From: Candidatus Poseidoniales archaeon
GTDB lineage: Archaea; Thermoplasmatota; Poseidoniia; Poseidoniales; Thalassarchaeaceae
Direction: 5' to 3'
DNA: 64,000 bases
NCBI GenBank assembly: GCA_028283505.1
Contig: JAPOFX010000005.1
Location: 1,869-65,868, forward strand
Under the pieces are notes generated by a model, which was given only the letters and a program-made list of their open reading frames with translations, did not search any database and was not told where the DNA came from. Shown piece by piece: positions 44,302 through 54,081 of this stretch (position 1 is the first letter of the stretch; every line of letters begins with the position of its first letter). The translations under genes were made by a program, and so were the position numbers.

Positions 44302-46269
44302 ATGGTTAGCGAAGCCTCGGGTTGGTATGCCAGATTGGATCAGGCCTGTCCTGATAGAATCGAGCAGATTCGCCGATGGTTGGACTTTTGGGAGGCTTCA
44401 ACCATCTCTGGTACGCCAATTGCAGCATCATTACCTAGCTCTTGGCCTACCCTTCCTGCCGGTCTCTTGACTGATCCGGGAGCGGTGTTGGATAGATTGC
44501 TATCCAGATTCGAAGCAGTCGCTGACGGTCGATCACCAAAAGGTGCGTATTCCACTCCAAGTAGGCTAATAGGGTCGATTTTAGCCGATGAATTAGCGAG
44601 TGGCGGTCCATCTAAGAAGAAGGAATCTCCTCCATCAGTGTCACTTTCCGCTATCCCTCCAGCTTTCAGAGATTACGCTGAAAGACTCAATATGGAAGCG
44701 ATGCTTAAACCCGGAAAGGACGACTATGATGACAGCTCTGATAGTACATCTTCCGGCATCCCTCTTCCATTTGCCGACCCATGCTGTGGAGCTGGGGTTG
44801 TCGCCTCTCAGCTAATTAGGCTTCACTCTCAGAGGATTGAGCACTTGGACGAAGAACAGAGATGTTCTGACACTCTAAAGCTAATTGAGGGGATGCAATT
44901 GATGGATTCATCTGATATTGCTGTGGAATCCTCAAGGAGGAGGATACTGATAACGCTGGGTAAGGCTGGGCTAGTAGACTTGTCTGGAGACAGCAGAACT
45001 CAGATGATTGGTAGATCCGAGGCAGAGATGATTCTCGAGAGCAGTGTTATCCAAGGAGACCCGCTTCTTGGAGAATGGCCATGGAACGAGGGACCCAGGC
45101 TACTGGTCAGCAGACCCCCTTGGATCAGAATCAAAGACAGATTTAGAGGTCATGAAAATGGCAGTATACTCAGAAAGAGTCTCTCAAGCAAGCTACGTAA
45201 TGCTCTGGAAAGTGATGGTAGTCTGAGGTTCTCTGCTTTGAGAGGGAATGTCAACATGTACAGACTTTTCTTGGAGAGGTCTATTCAACTCGTTAGAGAC
45301 GGTGGAAGGTTGAGGATGGTAGTTCCAGACTCATTACTGAGGGAGAAAAGTAGCGTCCCTCTGAGGAAACTTCTGGTCGATGGCAACGATTGGTTCTCAA
45401 CTTGGTCCTTCCCGGATTCTCAGAGAGTGTTTCCCGGCATAAGCCAAGGCGTCGCGGTAGTCGGTCTTGAAATCGGTGGAAACACTGCCAAAATGATGAG
45501 CTATGGTCCACTAACCGTGAATGACATCTCTAATAATTCGGGTTTGTCCAGGGGGGCTCCCTGTCTGGAACTAGAAAGGGGGACATGGTCATCATGGACC
45601 GATGCAACGTGGGCTGTACCAAGAATGCCTGTAGACCCATATGAAAGAAGAGCGGTAGTTGATGCTATTGGCAGATTGGCGGACAAGCCAAGGCTATCCG
45701 AAGCAGGTAGTTGGCTGAATCCTGATGGTAATTCCGTAAAGGTCAGAGTGGGGGAGATTGACCAAAGCTCTTGGTCGGACTGCATCGAGGATTGGAATGA
45801 CGATGAGTTTGCAATACCCTTCATTAGGAGCGCTCACTTTATGTCCATTGATGGTGAGGTCAGACTGCATCATCCCTCATTTGAGGACGATGTAGAGGAA
45901 GGCGCAATTCAGATGTCCCAGTCCGTTTGGACGGGAGAGAAAAAATCAACCGCTGGACCGCGGATTGCATGTCAAGCAATTCTCAATTCGAATGATGATA
46001 GGCGACTTCACTGGGCTGTGATTCCAGAGGGTTGCGTGCTCAGTAATTCAGTCAATTATCTAGATTTCTCCGACGAGGTATTGGAGTCAATAGTTAATCG
46101 CGGGACTGGGTCCCTTGTTTTGGGACTTGAGTGGCTCTGTAAGATTATGAATTCCAAGGATTTGGAGATTTGGTCCAAGACATGGGGAGCTAATAATAAC
46201 GTGAATAATTACGAGATTGAGAGTCTCCCATTCCCTGTTCCGGAAGATGATTTGGCATTTTCAATTTAG
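44302..46269 (+). CDS. Eco57I/TaqI-like gamma-class N6-adenine methyltransferase homolog with atypical catalytic motif
   Basis: GAYSTP (motif X), FADPCCGAG (motif I), N.Y.LFLERS..L...GG.L..VVPDS, VFPG. Motif IV reads SRPPW. Confidence 0.8.
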   Translation: MVSEASGWYARLDQACPDRIEQIRRWLDFWEASTISGTPIAASLPSSWPTLPAGLLTDPGAVLDRLLSRFEAVADGRSPKGAYSTPSRLIGSILADELASGGPSKKKESPPSVSLSAIPPAFRDYAERLNMEAMLKPGKDDYDDSSDSTSSGIPLPFADPCCGAGVVASQLIRLHSQRIEHLDEEQRCSDTLKLIEGMQLMDSSDIAVESSRRRILITLGKAGLVDLSGDSRTQMIGRSEAEMILESSVIQGDPLLGEWPWNEGPRLLVSRPPWIRIKDRFRGHENGSILRKSLSSKLRNALESDGSLRFSALRGNVNMYRLFLERSIQLVRDGGRLRMVVPDSLLREKSSVPLRKLLVDGNDWFSTWSFPDSQRVFPGISQGVAVVGLEIGGNTAKMMSYGPLTVNDISNNSGLSRGAPCLELERGTWSSWTDATWAVPRMPVDPYERRAVVDAIGRLADKPRLSEAGSWLNPDGNSVKVRVGEIDQSSWSDCIEDWNDDEFAIPFIRSAHFMSIDGEVRLHHPSFEDDVEEGAIQMSQSVWTGEKKSTAGPRIACQAILNSNDDRRLHWAVIPEGCVLSNSVNYLDFSDEVLESIVNRGTGSLVLGLEWLCKIMNSKDLEIWSKTWGANNNVNNYEIESLPFPVPEDDLAFSI

Positions 46270-46410
46270 CACGAACGATACTAGCACCAAAACGGAAATA
46301 GATTTCCGTTCTTGGGAAGAATAGGACTTGCGGGACCGAATAGACTATTATCGTTGCTTATCCTACAATGGCTTACTATCACGTGAGTGAAGCAGAGAGG
46401 AGGCGTAATT

Positions 46411-46971
46411 ATGGGCATCAATCCTAAGATAGGGATAACTGGCCTCCCCCGATCTGGTAAATCTGCCGTACTAGACAAAGTTGTCAAGATGATTGAAGAG
46501 GAGCGGTCTGACTCTTCCGGAATACCTGTTATCGCAGGAATGAGATCTGAAGCCATAATCGAAAATGGAGAGAGAGTTGGTTACGCCTGCGTTGACATCG
46601 TTAGTGGCGAGAGGGGAGTGATGGCTCACAAGGAAATCGACTCTCGGCACAGGGTCCTCGGATACGGTATAGACCCTAGTGAAATAGACAGGGTTGGGGT
46701 CCCAGCGATACTCAATGCTGTGGGTAACTGTCAATATTTGGTTGTTGATGAGGTTGGAAAGTTCACTGTGGAAAGTGAGGGTTTTGTTTCGGCCGTCAGA
46801 GAGGCGCTGAAGTATGATATGCCATCCCTATTGACTCTGCACAAAAAGAGCCGTCACCCTTTGCTCCAGGATATCAGGAGGAGGGATGATGGACGAATCT
46901 TAGAGGTGACTCCTGTAAATAGAGCCCTCCTTCCATACAAAATACTGAAGCTAATTCAACAAGACTACTAA
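46411..46971 (+). CDS. Nucleoside-triphosphatase (THEP1/NTPase_1 family)
   Basis: KIGITGLPRSGKS, GERVG, VVDEVGK, VTP.NR. Confidence 0.88.
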   Translation: MGINPKIGITGLPRSGKSAVLDKVVKMIEEERSDSSGIPVIAGMRSEAIIENGERVGYACVDIVSGERGVMAHKEIDSRHRVLGYGIDPSEIDRVGVPAILNAVGNCQYLVVDEVGKFTVESEGFVSAVREALKYDMPSLLTLHKKSRHPLLQDIRRRDDGRILEVTPVNRALLPYKILKLIQQDY

Positions 46972-47012
46972 CTTAGGTGAAGTTGATTCACTTAACCCTC
47001 CTCTGATATAGC

Positions 47013-47384
47013 ATGGAGTCTCCGGCAACACGGCTCGAGAGAGTTCTTCTCGGTGTTCTAATAGCCTTGGTTTTCCTAACCTCCATTTCAATAACAGATG
47101 GCATGATAGTTATTTTTAATGAGGATTCCACTATGGAAGACAAGAGGGCTTTGGTATTCCCATTTCTTTCAATCATTATCGGGGTCTTTGTACTATCTTT
47201 GAGAAACGCAACAGGGAGGGAGCACGGTGAATTCTTCCTCGATTCGTGGATAAGTAGAGAGCGTGAAGAGGAGATGATTCCCCGCCTGAAGAGGGAGCAG
47301 GAAGATGCTAGCGTAGAAAAAATGGGAGGAGCATGGGCTGAGCTTGAGAAAGTACACCTAGAAAAAAGCTTGGAAGAGGAGTAG
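47013..47384 (+). CDS. Hypothetical membrane protein (2 TM)
   Basis: Two hydrophobic helices plus a charged C-terminus. Fills the gap before gcvH. Confidence 0.6.
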   Translation: MESPATRLERVLLGVLIALVFLTSISITDGMIVIFNEDSTMEDKRALVFPFLSIIIGVFVLSLRNATGREHGEFFLDSWISREREEEMIPRLKREQEDASVEKMGGAWAELEKVHLEKSLEEE

Positions 47385-47434
47385 GGGGACGAAGGTTTGA
47401 GTGCCAAGTCCCTCTCGTGCATGGTGGTGAGGAT

Positions 47435-47818
47435 ATGAGCGAGGTCCCCGATGAGCTACGGTATACGAAAGAACACGAATGGATCAGGATCGAAGGAGAT
47501 AATGTGGTAATCGGAGTCACTGACTATGCTCAGGATGCGTTAACAGATGTTGTATGGGTTGAATTGCCTGAAATTGGGGCCGTCGTAGGGTCAATGGAGT
47601 CTTTCGCAAGTGTAGAGTCTGTGAAGTCAGTAAGCGAGATCTACGCACCCGTCAGTGGTGAGGTACTCGAAGTGAATGATTCTCTAGAGGACTCTCCTGA
47701 ACAAATCAATGAGGACCCTTATGGAAATGGCTGGATTTGCAAAATGGCCATAAGTGATCCTGCAGAGTTGGTAGATCTTCTTGATGGGGCTACTTATCGA
47801 AGTCTCATTGAGGAATAA
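47435..47818 (+). CDS. gcvH: Glycine cleavage system H protein (lipoyl carrier)
   Basis: LRYTKEHEW, GVTDYAQ..L.DVV.VELP, ESVKS (lipoyl-Lys), APVSGEV..VN, IN.DPYG.GW. Confidence 0.96.
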   Translation: MSEVPDELRYTKEHEWIRIEGDNVVIGVTDYAQDALTDVVWVELPEIGAVVGSMESFASVESVKSVSEIYAPVSGEVLEVNDSLEDSPEQINEDPYGNGWICKMAISDPAELVDLLDGATYRSLIEE

Positions 47819-48357
47819 TGATGGGGAAAGATTCCACGTACATCTACTTTGATGGATCTTGTAGTGAGAATAGGAATGTGGGCCCTGAGACGCCAGCTGG
47901 ATGGGGTTTTTGTGTAATAATTGGAGATAATGGCATAGGAAAGGGCCATGGTGAGCTTGTCAAAGAGATGAGTGGTAAGGTAGTCACAGAGGCTGGTAAG
48001 GAAGGATATCTTGGTGCCACCGTGGGTTCCAATAATACCGCCGAATTAAGTGCGTTTGCTCATGCATTGAGATGGGTCCTAATGAGTTGCAACTCAGGTA
48101 TAGTAGTATTGAGGGGAGATTCGGAATATGCCATCAATGTGGGTTCCGGAAAATGGAAGGGTAAGGCAAACAAGGAGTTGGTCAGGTCTGTACGAAACCT
48201 ATGGAACGAGGTTTCATCATCAATCGAGGTCTCTGTCGAACATGTGCGAGCCCATGAAGGACATAGATGGAATGAGCGTGCAGATCATTTGGCATTTAGA
48301 GCCATGAAGGGAGAATCCGCTCTCCCGTTTCAATTCTGGAAACCAGGTAGAAGATGA
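47818..48357 (+). CDS. rnhA: Ribonuclease HI
   Basis: Y.DGSC, SNN.AEL.A, DSEY, HVRAH.G...NERAD.LA. Confidence 0.92.
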   Translation: MMGKDSTYIYFDGSCSENRNVGPETPAGWGFCVIIGDNGIGKGHGELVKEMSGKVVTEAGKEGYLGATVGSNNTAELSAFAHALRWVLMSCNSGIVVLRGDSEYAINVGSGKWKGKANKELVRSVRNLWNEVSSSIEVSVEHVRAHEGHRWNERADHLAFRAMKGESALPFQFWKPGRR

Positions 48358-48834
48358 TTAGATGATTTGTAGAAGATATAGGAAGCCGAGAAAGGCGTGT
48401 ATTATCACCAATACCGCCATCACATCTCCAAGTCTTCGATGAAGGTTTCTTGCTCTGGTAAATTCTTCCACATCTGCCCTAGAACGGCTTGCCTTGCGTC
48501 CCATGGACCATAGAATTGTCATTAGTATGAGTGCAAGTATTCCCGACCATCCATGATAATGCCCCGGTATGAGTTGCCTTGATGCCTCGCTCAATCCTTC
48601 ACCAAGCATAATCGACTCAATTATTCTGGAGGAGAAAGCCACCACTATAACCAACAAAAGATATGCCATTATTCTGTTTCCATTCCTTTCGTGATTTCGT
48701 ATTGCATTTACCATCTCTTTTTGTTCAATATCGATTTTCTGATGCCTCCAAGACCTCTGCCTCATGAATGCCCATATCAGCACCGTTGCCAGTACTGGAT
48801 GCGCCATCAGAATGGCTATTCTGAGAAAATCCAC
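48358..48834 (-). CDS. DUF4079-like / cytochrome b561-like membrane protein
   Basis: Four TM helices with His at HP, HE..G, H.HGW.G and R.LH. Start uncertain (ORF track 48882). Confidence 0.65.
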   Translation of the reverse strand: MDFLRIAILMAHPVLATVLIWAFMRQRSWRHQKIDIEQKEMVNAIRNHERNGNRIMAYLLLVIVVAFSSRIIESIMLGEGLSEASRQLIPGHYHGWSGILALILMTILWSMGRKASRSRADVEEFTRARNLHRRLGDVMAVLVIIHAFLGFLYLLQII

Positions 48835-48937
48835 GATGCCCCCATGCTGTATCCACTTATTTCCTCTACTGACGCCTTGCATAGCAAGGCGATGTGTTGA
48901 TGTACAGAGCGCATAGGCCGTGAGGTAGGGTTGTACT

Positions 48938-51900
48938 GTGGAGGAGCGTCTTCTCGAATGCTTGGATGAGCTACGTAAAGCGGGTGACGATGTTCAAAGA
49001 AGGAAGAGCGTGATGCAGAGGTCATCTTCTTTCAAGGGTCTGAGCAAGGAGTGGAAAGCGATAGCGATGATTGCTGCCACCAAGGAAGAGGCTGTAAGAC
49101 CAGATTCTGAAAGTAACAAAGTGGGCCCCTCGAGAAATAGAAGAGTCGGAAGGAGAGGAGGCAGGGGCAAGATCCGCGGATTAGAGGATGCGATGGCTTC
49201 AGCTGGGAGTATTATCGATGACAAGAGTCTCCCCATGGGATATAGGTTGGCAGTTCTTATCATACAAAGAAACAGGATGAGAGATTCCTGGAACGATGGA
49301 TATGAGTCTGAAATGGAGCTGATTAGGGAGAGTTGCGAAACAGGAGTGCATCCAGTCTGGGAACGGATGGCGAGAGAGTCCCCCTTACTGGCAGAGTTAG
49401 GTTTATTCCCCGTTCAGGAGAAAGATGAGTCCTCTTGGGACCAAGAGGCATGGCTAGAAGGATCAAAAATAGACTATCAAGACACGGACGGTTTGAGTAT
49501 GTGGTTGAAATTGGAAACGCCATTCTCTCTTTCTCTATCTCAAAGAGACACTATAAGCAAGATTAGGAAGGACTTGATTGGTAAACCTCGTTTCGATAAA
49601 TGGGAGGAATGGATGAGTCATTCTCTTTCTGGGCTTGAAAATGAACAGGCCCTTTTGGAAGGAGTTCTTCTAGCCGCATCAGGCTCGGAAAAGGCAAAGA
49701 GTGTACTAAAAAATGTTAGAGGGGATGGGAAAAAAGTAGCGTATCAAATGTGTTTGCTGATGTCACTCAGAGATGGGGGTGTTTTGGACTGGGGTTCGGC
49801 TGTAAGGGGCAATGGGAACGATCCATTGTCTTTGTCAATTAAAATTGAGGCTTGGCTCAGGGATGATTTGTATCCGGACAAAATTCAGTCGGGCGAGATT
49901 ATGGACGGAGTTGCGATAATCGAAGGAGCTGGAAGAACCATCCCAAACAAGCTGGCATGGCTTGCTTCGGAGGTACTGATGGAAAGGGGGGATTACGCCA
50001 ATGCTTTGAAGTACATCGAAGGAAGAGTGGTAACAGACTACAGAGGGCTTAATATCTGTCTGAGGCTAATTTTAGAGGATGCGGAAAATATCTCGTTAAA
50101 CTCTATTATTTCTGGAATGGAAAATTTTGATGAGGAGTGTTTGAGATTATCCCTTACTCATCAAAACTCACCCACTCAGATAAGGTTAGAGGCATCCAAA
50201 TTACTCAGGAAAATTGACCAAATGAGATACACAGACGAGATTGTATCGTCATTTACTATGTCAGCGGAGATTAAGGGGCTAACAGAATTCCTAATTGAAG
50301 AGGGCTCTTTACAGAGGGCTTATCCATTTCGAGTCATGATGGCGTGGCACCTGATTACGGCAAGGGACTCAGTTGGTATTTCATCAGAGATGTATGAGGC
50401 TCGGAGGGTTGCTCTAGAATCAATTGAAGATGCTGAGAAAGATGAGGTTCTCTCTGATGTGAGCATTGGTTTGATTTCTCTACTTGACGGGATAAGCAGT
50501 AATCTTGATGCTGTCCATGACAAACTTGACTCCGATGGTCTAAGATCGCTGAATGAGGTCAGGATGGCTCTTGGGCCTGAGGGAGACGGAATTGTCAAGG
50601 AGGTAAGAATTGAGAAGCTCGTTGGTTCAGTGAGAGAAGCAGACTTGACGGTGTTGGAGAGGCGCTTATTTGAGGCTGTGATTAATGCTTTAATTCTGAA
50701 CAGGGCTGCCGTAAATCTTCAGAATGGTGATTCTGGTAGAAGAGAAGAGGCCATCTCTTCTCTAGAAGAAATCATATCTAGAGATACAGTTTCAATGAGA
50801 ACGATAAGATTTGCTTCTGATTTGGTTTTCGAGCACTCCGTGGGACTGGAGTCGCTTGATAGTTGGTACAGGGAGAATGATAGGGATAGTGCCGAGTATC
50901 GGATTGTTAAGGCGGCACTACTCGAAAGGGGTGGTGACCTCATTGGATCGGCTTGGTCATACAAAGAGGCGGCTATGAAGCTCATGGAGGATGATATTGA
51001 GAAGGCGGCTATCTTCCTAAGATGGTCCTTAATTTCCTTCGCCCATGGAGGGGGATGGAAGGAGGCTGTCACATTGATAGATGCATACCCTACGCTATCA
51101 GCTTCGGTGACTAACCGATTCAAAATGTATCTAAGAGCGTGCTTGGACTGCGTTGAAAATAATCAGGTTGGTGCAACGTCCAGAATAATCGATCATGCAA
51201 ATATTGAGCTCCGAGGAGAGGAGGAGGATCCAGGAGTGGTGTCGGTATTGGAGATCCTAGAATCCATAAAATTGTACCCTATTGAACATGGTCTCCCGCT
51301 TAATCCATTCCAAGGAAGAGTTCTAGCAGCCATCAGGAAAAAAAGCCACACTTCTCAGACAAGGAGATCTGATCTAGAAGATAGATTTGATACCGAAATG
51401 AGATCTAAGGAAAAGGATACATACGCAATTGTGACAGTAATTGAGCAGGTTGCTGAATCTAGTCCTATACGCGCACTCAGGATGTTTGAGAGGGCCTTGG
51501 TCTCGGGCGAGTTCGGAGATAAGGACAACAAGATTCTTCGCAGTAACCAGAGAAACTTGTTCACAAGACAGTTCGGAAAAATATCCGTTCGTGAAAGGAA
51601 GACTTTGAGTGGCTTGGGGTTGAAGCCTCTTATTCTAGTGGACACAAATATTCTGATCGATGCACTCAAGGATGACCTATTGAGAGAAATTTCACAAGAC
51701 AGCCTTGGTAGCCTAGGTTGGACGATGCAGAGGGCTTTCCATTGGAAGCTCAGGACCCTCGCCAAAGAAGGGCTTATACTACTTCACATACCTAAAGCCG
51801 CGATGAATGAATTCATGAATCGTGTGAAGTCCACAGATTCTGCACTTGGACTGTTTGAAAACGTGTACATAGACAGGAAGGCGTGGAGGGATTCTATCTC

Positions 51901-52303
51901 TAATGAGGTCCTAGGAGAAAGAGTCTCTTCTATTATCTCCGTGTTTGACAATTGGGAGCAAGGCGACTGGAAGGAGGAAAAGGCAGTGGATCTAGAAGGG
52001 TTCCTAACCGAACATAGAGACATATTCAGAGTCGTTGATCAACATAAACGAGAGCACAATACTGAGATAACTTCCAGGACAGAGATCAATGGGGAAGCCA
52101 TCTATCCAGAAGACGGCGACTGTGAGATAATGAAGAGTGGCGCTCGTATTGCGGAGTCTTTCATTTCGGGAGTTGGTAGCGTAGTTGTCGCAACCAGAGA
52201 CTCGGACTTCAAGCTGGTATCAAGAGCTCTTGAGGAGGAGTTCGGATTCGGAGTAGTAGGGGATGTTCAACAACTAAACAAACTGGCCTATCTGAGTCAG
52301 TGA
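48938..52303 (+). CDS. Large alpha-helical (TPR-like) protein with C-terminal PIN domain
   Basis: PIN motifs LVDTNIL, NEF, EDGDCEI and VATRDSDF, preceded by about 890 aa of helical-repeat-like sequence. Confidence 0.75.
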   Translation: MEERLLECLDELRKAGDDVQRRKSVMQRSSSFKGLSKEWKAIAMIAATKEEAVRPDSESNKVGPSRNRRVGRRGGRGKIRGLEDAMASAGSIIDDKSLPMGYRLAVLIIQRNRMRDSWNDGYESEMELIRESCETGVHPVWERMARESPLLAELGLFPVQEKDESSWDQEAWLEGSKIDYQDTDGLSMWLKLETPFSLSLSQRDTISKIRKDLIGKPRFDKWEEWMSHSLSGLENEQALLEGVLLAASGSEKAKSVLKNVRGDGKKVAYQMCLLMSLRDGGVLDWGSAVRGNGNDPLSLSIKIEAWLRDDLYPDKIQSGEIMDGVAIIEGAGRTIPNKLAWLASEVLMERGDYANALKYIEGRVVTDYRGLNICLRLILEDAENISLNSIISGMENFDEECLRLSLTHQNSPTQIRLEASKLLRKIDQMRYTDEIVSSFTMSAEIKGLTEFLIEEGSLQRAYPFRVMMAWHLITARDSVGISSEMYEARRVALESIEDAEKDEVLSDVSIGLISLLDGISSNLDAVHDKLDSDGLRSLNEVRMALGPEGDGIVKEVRIEKLVGSVREADLTVLERRLFEAVINALILNRAAVNLQNGDSGRREEAISSLEEIISRDTVSMRTIRFASDLVFEHSVGLESLDSWYRENDRDSAEYRIVKAALLERGGDLIGSAWSYKEAAMKLMEDDIEKAAIFLRWSLISFAHGGGWKEAVTLIDAYPTLSASVTNRFKMYLRACLDCVENNQVGATSRIIDHANIELRGEEEDPGVVSVLEILESIKLYPIEHGLPLNPFQGRVLAAIRKKSHTSQTRRSDLEDRFDTEMRSKEKDTYAIVTVIEQVAESSPIRALRMFERALVSGEFGDKDNKILRSNQRNLFTRQFGKISVRERKTLSGLGLKPLILVDTNILIDALKDDLLREISQDSLGSLGWTMQRAFHWKLRTLAKEGLILLHIPKAAMNEFMNRVKSTDSALGLFENVYIDRKAWRDSISNEVLGERVSSIISVFDNWEQGDWKEEKAVDLEGFLTEHRDIFRVVDQHKREHNTEITSRTEINGEAIYPEDGDCEIMKSGARIAESFISGVGSVVVATRDSDFKLVSRALEEEFGFGVVGDVQQLNKLAYLSQ

Positions 52304-53307
52304 AGTCTGGTATTGCTCCCAACAGACTCTCCTAGTCTCTTCATTATAACAGTAGCAGACTCCACGCTGTTAACCGATTCCACGCTCTTCCCAGCAGACC
52401 ATAGGTCCTTGGATGAATTCTTCTTACCCTTGGCAAAAGCTCTCATTCTCCAGAATGATATTCCAGTAATCAAAACCCTCACCCTGTGTTTTAGCCTGCC
52501 GTTCAGAAGCCTTCTGATTAACCAGTTGTTTCGCTTATTCTTCCCATCTGTACTTATTACGGCTATTGGGACACCGGTAAGCTTAGTCGTCCACGTAATG
52601 TCTTCCTCTTTTGCGGCTACGATTGCATCCTTGTAGTCCTGTGGAGTTGTGCATTCATGAGTTGCTATGAATCTGGTCCCCATTTGAACTCCGTCATATC
52701 CCATCTCCAGGGCACGGTTCAGCTCAACTTCACTTCCAATTCCTCCAGCACAAATAAGCGGAACCCCTAGATCTACCAGGTCGCTATACATTTCTTCCAT
52801 ACTCATCTCTCCTAAATGCCCTCCTGCCCTGTTATTGACACAAATCAGTCCGTCAACCCCACACTGTATTCCTTTCTCCGCATGAAATCTGTTGGTGACA
52901 TCGTGATAGACGAATCCTCCCTTCTCGTGTACTTTATCACAAACCCAATCGGGTTTTCCCAGGGAGGTCACGAAAAACCTGACTCCTTCTTCAAGAGCTA
53001 TGTCTATCCACTCGGACATTCTTTGAAGGTACCTATCGCTTCCCTTCTCTATAAGCGCATTGAATCCCAACGGCTTATCTGTCAAGGTCCTGATGTATCG
53101 AATTGCGGCCCTCAAGCCCTCCTTTGTGTCTGGCTTGTTGTATCCATGGACCATTGTAAGAGACACTGGTTGAATTATTGCAATTCCACCTCCCTCAGAG
53201 GCAGCGGCCACCAGTTCTGGATTGGAACATGGATACATTGCTCCGCAGATTATTGGGTACTCAACTCCCGCTTGTTTGGTCAACCTCGTCTCCACCAACC
53301 TACTCAC
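52297..53307 (-). CDS. Nitronate monooxygenase / FabK-like flavin oxidoreductase
   Basis: YPII.GAM...S.PELVAA.SE.GG, AGGH.G, PLI.AGGI, GVQMGTRFIAT.E, W.AG. Confidence 0.9.
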   Translation of the reverse strand: MSRLVETRLTKQAGVEYPIICGAMYPCSNPELVAAASEGGGIAIIQPVSLTMVHGYNKPDTKEGLRAAIRYIRTLTDKPLGFNALIEKGSDRYLQRMSEWIDIALEEGVRFFVTSLGKPDWVCDKVHEKGGFVYHDVTNRFHAEKGIQCGVDGLICVNNRAGGHLGEMSMEEMYSDLVDLGVPLICAGGIGSEVELNRALEMGYDGVQMGTRFIATHECTTPQDYKDAIVAAKEEDITWTTKLTGVPIAVISTDGKNKRNNWLIRRLLNGRLKHRVRVLITGISFWRMRAFAKGKKNSSKDLWSAGKSVESVNSVESATVIMKRLGESVGSNTRLH

Positions 53308-53804
53308 TCCTTGTTAGACACGAGAAGGTTCCACTTGAAGACCCATTCTGATACAATGTCCCCGGCGGAGTCCTTTCCCCGTGAGGTGAGATCGACCTCT
53401 ACTGCCTCTCCCGTGGTGAGGCTTTCTTCGATGGCTTCCCTAACTTTTGGAATGTCATTACAAGTGAATGTTATTCTTCCCTTCGCTCTTTTTACGAATT
53501 TAGCCTCTGTACCGACAACGAACATCCTGAGCCTCTCATCCATTGATCTGGATATTGCGAAAGGTGCTGCTCCTGTTGCCAGCTCTGCCCCCATTCCTTG
53601 AACTGCCCAATACATTGTCTTGAATGGATTCTGTGTCCTCCAACCACCAGGAAGCGAAGTGATGCATGTCTCATGGTCTATCTTGTCCATTCGTAGCCCC
53701 GAAAACCATGCGGCTGGCATGGATAGTGCCGTGAAGATTCTAAACTTCATCCGACCTCTCAATGACTTGTACTCACTATCCAATTTTGTCTCATTGATGG
53801 GCAT
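53304..53804 (-). CDS. Hotdog-fold thioesterase-like protein (DUF4442)
   Basis: P.AWF.GLR, W..QNPF.TMYWA...MGAEL.TG, A.F.KRA.G.ITF.C. Confidence 0.8.
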   Translation of the reverse strand: MPINETKLDSEYKSLRGRMKFRIFTALSMPAAWFSGLRMDKIDHETCITSLPGGWRTQNPFKTMYWAVQGMGAELATGAAPFAISRSMDERLRMFVVGTEAKFVKRAKGRITFTCNDIPKVREAIEESLTTGEAVEVDLTSRGKDSAGDIVSEWVFKWNLLVSNKE

Positions 53805-53814
53805 TTTACCACTA

Positions 53815-54081
53815 CTATCCACTCAAATCATCGACTATGGAGCAGTATCTTTCCATGGCCTCGGTCTCTGACATTCCGCATATACCGTTCCACGCCTTCC
53901 ACTTTGCCCTCTCTTTCATTCCGCCTCTCGCCCGGTCCTGACAATCTCCCTCAGTCGCCTGTTTGAATAATGCGTATAGTTCCAATAGCTGACTGTTCGA
54001 GGGCCTCTCAGGAAGATCCCATACCTTCTTTGACGATCTCTTAAATTTGATTCTTAATGCTTGACTGGCCTTTCCTGACAT
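53815..54081 (-). CDS. Acyl-CoA-binding protein (ACBP)
   Basis: LP.RPSN..LL.LY.LFKQAT.GD, RAKW.AW....GMS..EAM..Y...V. Confidence 0.92.
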   Translation of the reverse strand: MSGKASQALRIKFKRSSKKVWDLPERPSNSQLLELYALFKQATEGDCQDRARGGMKERAKWKAWNGICGMSETEAMERYCSIVDDLSG

